Assembly: GCA_002633005.1 (NCBI GenBank)
Contig: NMRA01000093.1
Span: 762,505-826,504 of the forward strand
DNA length: 64,000 bases
Reading direction: 5' to 3'
Source: Phoronis australis
Lineage: Eukaryota > Animalia > Phoronida
Below the pieces are notes generated by a model that was given only the letters and a program-made list of their open reading frames with translations, was not told where the DNA came from and did no database searches. The position numbers and the translations under genes are program-made. Positions 26,501-38,500 of this stretch are shown here, in pieces (position 1 is the first letter of the stretch; every line of letters starts with the position of its first letter).

Positions 26501-29500
26501 TGGGAAAAAAATGTTTTCACAATTTGTGATTCAACTAATTTGTAATCCGTTGGACATTTTCATTTTGTACAAATTCATGTTCTAGACAGAAACCCTATTT
26601 ATAGGAAAATACCACTATTCAGTTTTTGGGCACCTAAATTAAGTATTTTACTGCACAAACCAAAACATGAGTTTAATCCTTTGAAGAAAATTATACGCAG
26701 ACGAAAACCGTATTAATATTTCTGCCAACACTGCACCTATGAAGCAGCAGAGAGCTCAACAATGACTATACCGTGTGATGGTTCAGGACAAACTGTACAG
26801 CTTCCAACTTGATCAGTTTACGAACGCTACTGTATCCAACCGAAAGATCACCGAGGAACTGCAACGTCTTGTTAATGATTGGTTCACTGCGTGACCAATA
26901 CTTCATGTTGGTGATTCTGAAATAGTGCAGTAACAGCCAATGCAGATTAGATTACAACACCCTTCAATCAGTTTTAGTTTCTTCCTTTCTACGCTCACTC
27001 CTATGAGATGGGTGGTTTGGAAGGTACAACACTTAAGTTTTACAATTTTCAAGTATCAGGGCATGCTGCTTTAAGATGCTAAACAACAATTTGTTTAAAT
27101 TTGAAACCTTTTTGTGAGATTACAAACATTTAATGAAGGGTCCTGAAAGGGGTTATAAACTAAATTTCAATTTACATTTCAATGGTTTTAGACTACAAAA
27201 AAGATCTAGTTGATTCAATGAGGTGGACATTTTCACACAATTGCTGTTCAATTAGTCACAGAGGAATTGAAAACTTTTCCATTTAATTGCAGTTCACCAT
27301 TGCCCCCAGTGCCTTTTCTATCTCATTATAATAACTAACACACACAAAATGAAAACTCCTGCACACACTAATTTAAAATTCCTAAATTAACATTCCAATT
27401 GCTCTTACATTTTTCCTAAAAACACACTTAGCACCATGGATTCGTCTGAAATTCCTAGAACCTCCGACAGTCTTCTGTACACCTGTCAATCATAAAAACC
27501 TGTTAAGTTAAGGCAATACAACAGACAACTATATCAATGCTTTGCAAAGCACTGATATGCACTCACAGTGCACCACAAGCGGTGTGTGTTTAGTGGTGCT
27601 TATCAGTTTGATATAAGGATAAAGGAGACAACAATCTGACCACAAGAGGGAGCTGTAACAATTGAGAAAAAGCGCACTTTATACTTCACCTTTTAAAACA
27701 AACATAAAATCACATCAATAAATTTAAAAAATGAACATTTTTCAACATTTGCAACAGATACAAAGCACACTAAGCATCCAAAAATTACAGGTATTGTCTG
27801 TGTTTTTCATAAAGACCAATCATGACGTTTGCAGACACAAAAACAGACCCAAAATGATGTAACACACAGCAACTGCTGGAATGCACTCAAAACTGGAAGC
27901 TGTCATCATGTCCAAAATGGAAGAGCCACCAGAGAGTGCTGCAGTGGTCAAATATGCCCAAATAAGGTGATTTGTACTGTTGCATTGCCGTCAAATACAA
28001 GAGTCAAGTTTTATTAAAGTCTCTTAATGTGTTCTCTAGGTATCCAGAAATGCTATTCCCCTCAAAAGTACTGAAAAGCGATTTGCTGAGACCAAAATGG
28101 TCAGTATGAGGAGATGAAGTCATCCAATCTACTTGAAAATTGTCAGGTGATGGCGCATTGTCACCACAGTTCTCTAGATTTCATTCAAAAATATTTTTCC
28201 AAAAAAAACTGAAAAGCCCCATCCACCCCCTAGCCCAGAGGAGGGACAGATTGAAAAGTGACATGCACTGCCCTAGTGATGCCCTGCAAGCTTGTGCCAA
28301 ACTTCATCAAAATATGACCAGGGGTTTTAAAATATTAAGGGGACAACTGTACGGTCGGACAAAATGGTCACTAGGCAATACTGTAATAGACAAATCCACT
28401 TAGAAAATCAACAGGTGCCAGTACTTTGTCATTAAGCACATCTGTGTCCAGTATCATGGGCAATCTATTGCTCAGTTCTCTAAATAAAATCCAGAAATGG
28501 TCTTCCATCCCAAAAATACAAAAGGACCTTATGGAAATCAAAGAGGCCCTAGAGAATGGTGGAATTTGCTGAAAACTAAACAGGTTCCGGCACAATGCCA
28601 TCACATATCTCTATCAAATTTTGTCGAATTCTGTCTATCAGTTCTCTAGAAATCAATCTGAAATACTCTCCCCCAAAAGTACAGATAAAAAAGTGACAAG
28701 CTAGCACATGTCATATTGCCAGAATACAGTTATCTACCTCTAAATGCTACACGACTAATCAGAGATAATATAGTACAAGAGAAAAACCAACCTTCGATGT
28801 CTTCTGAACCTGGTCACCAACATAAATTTTTCTGAACTGCTCAAAGAAACTTAACATAGCCAGGTCCAGCTTCTCACAGCCTTGCTGGGCTAACCTTGAG
28901 TCTATCAGGTTCATCAGTTGAAGCACTCTGTAAATAGATACGTCAGAGTCAGTGGGTTGGTGTCTAAGCACTGGACACATATTAGCTGTGAGGTTATGGG
29001 TCTAATGGCTTGACAATGCTGTTTGGATCTACACGTCTAAAAACCCCATTTCTGCATTAAAAACTAATGACGCCAAAAAGAACGTTAAGCAAAGTAGCGA
29101 CTGATTCTCCATCTTTTATCTTATTTTTCATTTTTATTTGGATTTGAAAAATAACTGTGCAATTTGGAGCCTTTTTGTGAGATTACAAATGAACATTTAA
29201 TGGTGGGTCGTGAGAGGGGTTATAAAATGAATTTCAATTTCCACTTCACAGGTCAAAGGAAGCAAATTGCAGAACAGTTGAAATCTAAAACATTCTACGC
29301 TACTACATGGCTTTCAATGGGGTTGTAGCAATTTTTTTTTGCTGTTTGAAAACAGTTGAGTCTCCATAAAAAGTTGTACACTGACAGTAAATTGAAAACA
29401 TTTTTTAACAGTTTACCTGACCGTGAGTGTCATTTTGGTAGAGTGTATCACATACCTACACACCAGCTCACCATCCATAGCGTCATGTTCATCTGTACTG

Positions 29501-32500
29501 GCAAATGACACTCGACCACCTATCACAGAGCCTATTATATACACTAGCCAAGTCAAGCGTCCTGGAAATAACCAGCAACTAATATAGAACATTTGAATGA
29601 TTGTGTTGAACAGGAAATTCCTGTAATTTAAAATTGCAAAATAAGACACCCATCTCTCCAACCTAAACACAGCGACCAGTTTGGGTCAATCACATCACAA
29701 ATGGTAGGTATTGGTCTAATTTGACAAAGTTGAATCTTGAAATACCAGCAAGGAATCTGTTAAAACTCCCACATTTCACAACACGGGTAACAAAATGTTA
29801 CTGCTTTGTATTTATTACTTTGATGGAAACTTTAGCTTTCACTTTCTGTCCACAAAATTATAAAACTATGTCTCTTCATTACGGATATTTACAAGGCTAT
29901 TATCTCTCCTTACCACTGCCAACCCCATTCCACTGAAATAAAAGCACGTACCTTCCTGTACTGCAAACTCCGGCCCTGGAGGCTGACCAGCAGTTATTAA
30001 CTCCTGATACCGCTGTGCTGACTCATCAAACAACTGCACCAGAAGAGCACACGTCTTGTCATATTCACATCGACCAATAGTAGACAACTGATCCAGTTGT
30101 TGCGAGATCATACCAATGTCGTCAAGAGGATCTTCAATACCATCTCTGTAATAAAAACGATGTTTTAGATTCTTATAATAGAATTTGGAATATATCAATC
30201 TTTTGGCAGTGAATGCAGCATTGGAAGACATTAATGAGCTCCATTTGGTTGGAAGTGTAAACATAAACACCTAACATAAAGATGGTTATGCAATCTTCAG
30301 AGGTTCTAGAAGTTTAATATTGCAAGTATTGTTCACCAGACCAGTTTTAACTTGATTACACAGAACTTTACTGGATGGATCAACAACTACATTTTATTAT
30401 CATAAAAACAGAAATTTTAACACTTAGAGCCAGTACACGACATTTGAAAAGTTTCATTGTGTACACAACTATTAACAGGACAGCTTTGGTAGACCAAACC
30501 CACTTTAACTGGATGAATGTCAGAATATTTAAGAGTTTGATAATGGGAAAGTTCAGCCATGAATTGGGAACACCTAGGAACTGACCTCAGCACTACAGTG
30601 ACAGAATCCAGGCGGGACGTGATGTATGCCTTTGTCACCTCAGGTGTGTATGTTTCCAACAGGTGGGGCTCCGATGCTTTCACATAAGGCACTGATGCCA
30701 CCATCCTTTGCCAGAGGCTGAGCAGATAGTGTACACTATTGGGGGCAAACTGCCACATCTAGAGAACAGAAAGTGTTACTAACTAAAGATACTAGACCCT
30801 GTTTTATCATGTTAAAGACAACCTTTCGTTATTGAACCAGTTCAAAACACAGAATGAGTTTCATCAATCAAGAAAAAAATCCCTAAAATAGAAACATTAC
30901 ATAGATTACAGTCCTTCATATTTAAATTTAATAAAAACATTTGATTATTTGTTGAAAGACCACCAATTTGGTTAACAGTGTGAACTAGATTGATTTGAAG
31001 TCAAAATCCTTTCATGAAGTTTACAACTGAGAACAGAAGAGAGAGAACATTTAACAGATATTTACAATCAATGGAGCACTTCAGTTCAAAGTTCATAGTA
31101 AACTACTGCTGTCCAATAACCACTGGTGTGGTCACGTACCTGTAGACTGGTGACTGAGAACTCGGCAATGAGCTTGATGACATCGCCATAATTATCCACC
31201 TTGATAAGCTCACCCAGCTGATAGTTTGACTTGAGTCTGGCCAGGAGACGGCAAAACTCGTGGTAGTTACTGGTGTCTGACAGGCCCTGTCAAAGAACAG
31301 TAAACAGAGTTCATAAGCACTTTTAAGGGGAAAATAACCATTTTTCATATTACCTTGTTGTCTTGGAGATTTTTTTTCCATGTTAAGTATTGTTCACTGG
31401 ATGTATATTTACCATCTAAGGAACAATAGAAAGTGACGCGAATGGCAAGACGCGGAAGTACAAAAAGTAATTCATCGCCTGATGATGCTACGGCAGAGTG
31501 CATGCCCTCTAGGTACAAAAGGAAACTGCGAGTTACATTGCCTGCATTGCCATGCATCTCCGATTGATTTTGACAAACAGCCCCAATGAGTATGATACGT
31601 AATTACTTCAAATGGCCCTTCAGGAACGTGTATGCATACCAGTATATGATATTAAGGATATGGTCTTACAGCAGACTTCATCATGAGAGTCTGTGACACC
31701 ACTTCCTCTGATGTCATAAAATAAAAAATAAAAATTGCCCCGTGCCAAAATCTGGATTAGACCTGGATGATAAAGATGTATTTTTTATCAAGTCTTACAT
31801 TTATCTAGAATATATTTCGTCATGAATGGCGAATCCTTATGTAACAAACTCACCTGTGGATTTTCTAATATTCGTTTAACACCCAAGACGAGCTGGTTGA
31901 GAAACTTGGCTCTCTCTGCATTATTGAAGAGTGAACGCCGAACAGAGGCGGTCTGTACCAGACATGAGAGAGCCAGGGGAGATAAACTGGTGGGCAGACT
32001 GTTGTAAAGGTCAAAGAACAACTCCATAACACTGAAGTCAAGGAAGACTGCAAGGAAAACAAGATGACTGCATACACCAGACATAGTTAACACAAGGCAA
32101 GAGCAATGCATTGAAATGTGTCTGTGATTGCACAGGAGACGATATACTTCTAGAGGTCTGTATTAGTAACACCTAATATATAAAATAAAAACCACTAAGT
32201 GGTGCACCATTAGTCAAATCCAACTGAAACGAGGCAAGTGCTATTACCAAAATTTATAAACAACAATCAAAGAAACCCTAAATTACCACAAGGGAATGAC
32301 ACAGTAGTCAGGCATACACTCCTCAATGGGAACACAGATACCAAATTTAACTAAGATCCATCAAGGAGCTTGGTAGATAATGAGCCACAGGCAAAAAAAT
32401 TGCCACTGTGCGTCAGCACACTAGTTCGACCCGTCCAAAAATCACAATCTGTCACGATAATCTCAATAGGAACACAAAATATGATGTGCGCCAGTGGGCA

Positions 32501-35500
32501 CAAAATAGGTTGAACTCATCCCAAATTGAGAGCGTGTCGTAACCTCCTCATTAGAAGCAAACCTATCTGCAAGATTTCATCAAAAGCCATCAAGCAACTC
32601 GGTACAGAGTGGCACAACAAGATAAACCTAAATAGCCATTATGTCAGCCACACTCATCTCAACAGCATTTGGCCGACTGAGAGGAGAATGCCGAAAATAA
32701 TTAAAATGGCCACTAGGGGGCGTAAATTATGTAGACTACATCTCAAAATGGGAAGGTGTTGTCATGTCCATAATAAAAGACTATTTCTTAAATTTCATGA
32801 AATATGCCAAGGAACTCAGAAGTCAACATAAAAAATAAAATTGCCAGTAGAGGACACAATGTTAGTTGAATATGTTCGAGAACCTGCCCATTCCGCCCGT
32901 CCAAGATGGGAACCCATCTGCAAACCTTCACGAACATCCACCAAGTGATTCTGGAAACGCAGAATAATGTCCCAACATATTATATGTGTGGACACATATA
33001 TTTAAATTTGGTTCCTGTTTTTTGATATACTAATATAAGTAAAATCCCTTAAATTGTAAAATCATCCAGTTCAATACATTGTTGTTACGAAGAAGTATTC
33101 CACATAAAAACCTTTCCTTATTAACTTTAAAGGTAAACTAATTTTCTTGGTTGTACTATTTTTTCTAATGTAATGAGAAATTCGACATTCACAAGGTAAC
33201 GTCAATGAAAACAAGTGCCCCACCATTAGAAATGCATGCATTTAGCTTGAACCCCACCAAGGAAACGAAAACTGTTTCTGTTCTCAGTCTATTCAAACAC
33301 CTGCTGGCGAATATTGAGCTGCCTTTTGTAGCAACATATTTTTCACAATTTAAGAAGTTTCAGAACTAAACCAGTTCTGTGACAGAAAATGAGACAGGCA
33401 CATTTTTCTTAATGTGTAATATGTCATTTTTACAATACTATCGATTCACTTCTAGAATATTTGCAACAATATTTTTATGACTGATGGATCATTCAACACA
33501 TAAGAGTAGTATTATTCATACCTCTTCTCCAACTAGTTGGAATTTGTACAGTGCAAAGGTCGTCGGATGACTCATCTGTCGAGGTGCCGATAAAGTCAAA
33601 GGTCAAACAGTTGAGTGCTAGGCGTAACGTGTGACTCAGCAAACCGTGCTGTGACAGAGAGAAACAATTTCAATACCGAAAAACAGGCAGTTGTAGGCAA
33701 GTGGCAGAGAATAAACACTGTAAGCAAGGAAATCCTGCATCACACTGACAAGTGAGCGTAGAAACACAAATCATACTCAGGCTGTGCTATTATGTCAAGA
33801 CTACGTAACAAATGGACACGATAAGTTAATGTGACTCTTCATGATTTGTTGTAAAATAATCAAACAAAAAATGAAGCAAAATTTCGTACTACCCAGACAG
33901 ATTGAATATTTTTATTTGTAACTATAAGAATGTATCAATTTATTCTCTTTCAGTGGAATTTTTCCATTGAACACCCCATTTGAATGAGTCTAATTTAAAC
34001 ATAATTGTGTAAAGTAATAGACATTTAGTTCATTTTCAGTACTCAACCACACCACACAACTGTTTCATTTCACTGCCATGGGCTCCCTGTAATAGACTTA
34101 AATCGCTAAAAATAATTCTGACAGGTTTACCTACAAGTGCGCCCCCTACCTGGTTTTCATCGGTGAGATTGAGCGTCTTCATGTTTCCGCCTGCAGTCTT
34201 CAGCAGATTGCAGGCGAGTTGGAAGATCTCAAACAGCTGGCTATCTCGGAAGGACGATGCGATCTTACGGTGTTTGGTGAGTGACCTCGTAGCTTCAGCC
34301 TACCAGTACAACTGAACCATGACAACATCGTGCACACAGAAACCAGAAGACATATTCAAACCACAGTTAGTGACTATACTGTTACATTAGCTGTGCTCCT
34401 TATGCATCTTAAATGTTTTTGTTGAATTGAAACTTAACATTGCTTTTGTGAATTGGATTTTTAAATTTAAATTTTAAGGTGCCCTATAACCTATGAAGCC
34501 ACTTTTTGCCAAAAACTGAGCAACTTTTGATTTAGATCATCAGACTGATCTCAGTGTATTCTTTACTCAGATTAGATTGGTTTCTTTGGTTGAGAAAAAA
34601 CTGACAATTCGCTATTGCTTATGGGTTTCAAAGATTTAACGGTCAAGTTGGGGTTATCATCTATTGTGGCTTTCCACCAACACCCCATATCCCTTGTTTT
34701 GCTGAGTTTCTCTCACTGATAAAACATAACACTCAGAGTAAAACAATTCCCGTCCACTCTGATGGGAGTAATTACTAGAGGTAGCACCATGCAACTCGTA
34801 TATTTAATTTAGAGTGACAACCAACTGTGCCATCTGGTGTTTAATCCCTAGAACTAGCGGTAACACAATGTTACTGCTGAAGAGGAATAACAGGAATAGG
34901 TGAGGGGAATTGTGATGGAGTTTGGATAGACCAAAGTTTTTCTAATTTGAAAGTGACATCTGAGCACATAAAACAAAGCTTACAGCTTTTTAAAATGTGT
35001 TAGCGAATAACAAATAAATACTAAAGTATACCAAATAACAAATAAACACTAAAGTNGTACTCAACCACACCACGAAACTGTTTCATTTCACTGCCATGGG
35101 CTGCCTGCAATAGACTTAAATCGCTAAAAATATTTCTGACAGGTTTATCTACAAGTGCGCCCCCTACCTGGTTTTCATCGGTGAGATTGAGCGTCTTCAT
35201 GTTTCCGCCTGCAGTCTTCAGCAGATTGCAGGCGAGTTGGAAGATCTCAAAGAGCTGGCTATCTCGGAAGGACGATGCGATCTTACGGTGTTTGGTGAGT
35301 GACCTCGTAGCTTCAGCCTACCAGTACAACTGAACCATGACAACATCGTGCACACAGAAACCAGAAGACATACTCAAACCACAGTTAGTGACTATACTGT
35401 TACATTAGCTGTGCTCCTTATGCATCTTAAATGTTTTTGTTGAATTGAAACTTAACATTGCTTTTGTGAATTGGATTTTTAAATTTAAATTTTAAGGTGA

Positions 35501-38500
35501 CCTATAACCTATGAAGCCACTTTTTGCCAAAAACTGAGCAACTTTTGATTTAGATCATCAGACTGATCTCAGTGTATTCTTTACTCAGATTAGATTGGTT
35601 TCTTTGGTTGAGAAAAAACTGACAATTCGCTATTGCTTATGGGTTTCAAAGATTTAACGGTCAAGTTGGGGTTATCATCTATTGTGGATTTCCACCAACA
35701 CCCCATCTCCCTTGTTTGCTGAGCTTTGCTCACTGATAAAACGTAACACTCAGAGTAAAATAATTCCCTTCCATTCTGATGGGAGTAATTACTAGAGATA
35801 GCACCATGCAACTCATGTATTTAATTTAGAGTGACAACCAACTGTGCCATCTGGTGTTTAATCCCTAGAACTAGCGGTAACACAATGTTACTGCTGAAGA
35901 GGAATAACAGGAATAGGTGAGGGGAATTGTGGTGGAGTTTGGATAGACCAAAGTTTTTCTAATGGGAAAGTGACATGTGTTAGCGAATAACAAATAAATA
36001 CTAAAGTATACCAAATAACAAATAAACACTAAAGTATACCATTTACAGGAACTCCCACTTCAATGACATTCCCATCATTTATTTTCCTCTTTTCACATTT
36101 CATGAAATCAATTTTTGCAATTTTGCAGACTTACAAACTTCAGTGCACACAGCTAATTCTCACATCAAATATATTAGGATGGTTGTGCTGACCAAGGTGC
36201 AGTGGAGAGGTAAGAAGTAAGGGAAACACAACAACAGATGTTAGTGAAGCTAGTTAAGTGTCACCGCACACTAAGCGACGAACATTTTAGGAGGCCTATA
36301 CTACACGACCACAACAGACAATCTCAGGCCTGCCAACCCACTTGGCACATTATCTGTGACCTTCACGATAACAATCCTTTTTTTGTAGGCGAAAGCGTGT
36401 ACAATATCCAACAATTCTCTACGCCACCTATTATTCAATTGACCAATCACAAAAGAGGAAAACTGATGCACAAATTACATCATATAATGGTACTTACAAT
36501 ATGTTTTACTAGTTGGATCATGCAATCTCGAATATTTCCTCCACTTACCATAATACTCTTGGGTCCCACCAATTGAAAAACCAGATAATTTTAAAGTTAT
36601 CTTTTTACTTTTAACTGAATTTTTAAAGAGAAACAAAATCTTGAAATCCATAATTTAATCAAAATTTAGTTCCTTCGAAGAAACACAGGTTTATTATTCC
36701 TTTAAAAACTTCCACTACAAAAATTCAATGACTACTCTAGAAACACTTCAAAATTCGAAGGCTTTTCCAGTTTCGTATGAACCATGTTGGACCCATTCAT
36801 GACAGGGACAATGAGGATTGTTCAAAACTCGAAAACCTACATACAGCCTTTGTCTCATCTATGTACAGGCCTTAAACATGCTACTGTGAAGACTGTGAAC
36901 CACCAGTGCAAAACATTTCCAAGTTCAAGGCATGCATTCACAGTACACGCATCAGGAAGATGTGATCACGTGCAGAGTCTTACACAACAGATAACACAAC
37001 CTCAACGGAAATTAATTAATGGGGATTGTTACACATTAATAAGTACATGTTCGAACTGTGGGGATTTCACATGAAGTTCAAGAAACCATTCACTATTATA
37101 AATGTCATCACAGTTAAGTGACTATTTCCCCCGTGAGTTCAAACTTGTCATTGCGAAATTTAACACTGTTAGAGTGACCAATCAAAACAAGGCTGACGAG
37201 AACACTGTTGTTGTTAGTTGCACACAAATTATGTTAAGAAACAGAAAAGAAAGATAGAACTTATCTGTACCTCACTTACTTGGTTCATTTCACACACCAG
37301 TTGGGAAAGTAGCTGAACACCAATCATGATGTGCTGGCTTGAGCCACTCTACAAAACACGCCCATTTCAGAGTGATTGACATTTCCAGACACAACAAGAA
37401 GCCACACTGAACAGCTCTACATGACTGTTTTCATCCTCACATGGTAATTTCACCAATAGCAACAAACCATACACAAGGTAAGTAATACAGCTACAAAGTG
37501 TTATCGTCTCATGAACAGTCATTGCTGCTGTTTGACACAAACCAGACACACGTCAGTACAAAATGAATCACCAGGATTGAGAGAGCATCAAGTAACAGTT
37601 ATTTTCTGCCAACCCTATGATTTATATCACTGGAAATAACACAGGCCAATACCAGTTAGGCTTATTGCGAATTCTTGTATTCCACAATTCTCCGTCTCTG
37701 AGAGTTTATATTGAGCTCATATCTAGAGAACTAAAAAGGTAAATAAAAATATCCCACTTTCTAATATACGCTCTGTTGGTACCAAAAGATTTTGCACACA
37801 AGTCCATCCCAATACACGCCGAGATGTACGTTTGGTTCTAAAACACTATATACTAAACAGGCCTGTTTACAAACATTTCATGTAGAAGAAATGCATTCTA
37901 TGTGTAAACATTTGAGGAGAAGCAGCTTTTACCTGAAGAAATTTCCCAACGTCCTCAATGACATTCCTAAACACATAGTTGTCTTTGATGACGTCAAACC
38001 AGCCAAGCTTGGTGATTCTGGCAAATAATTGTACGACAGCCTGTAGCACAAAGTTAACCAGCTTGGGTCTGTTGGCCAGGTAGTTGAGAAGATAATTACC
38101 TGCAACAGAACCATCAAATGAATACCAGGGATATTTCTGGACTGCGCCTTTGGGCCATTAGCGCATAAAAAACAAAAAAGCGCATGCACATTGCAGCAGT
38201 GCGCCCCCCAAGGGCACATCTTTTAAAATGCAACACCCTTCCAAAAACACAAGATTCTAGTCAACGTACAGCCAGTTGGGTAAAACATGAATTTGTTCTT
38301 ATTTTGAATGCCCTTGGGGTTTCTGTTTCATATGTTACCACTTTAATTACACTAAGTCTGCTGGGCACAACTTTTTGAGAAAAGGCACAGGTTCAAACCT
38401 GGTCAGGAATATCCCTGGAATACACAAAGATACTCGTGGTGTGGAAGGTATGTATGACAATAACAATGTCCCAAATATCACAGCATATCTCTATTGTGGC

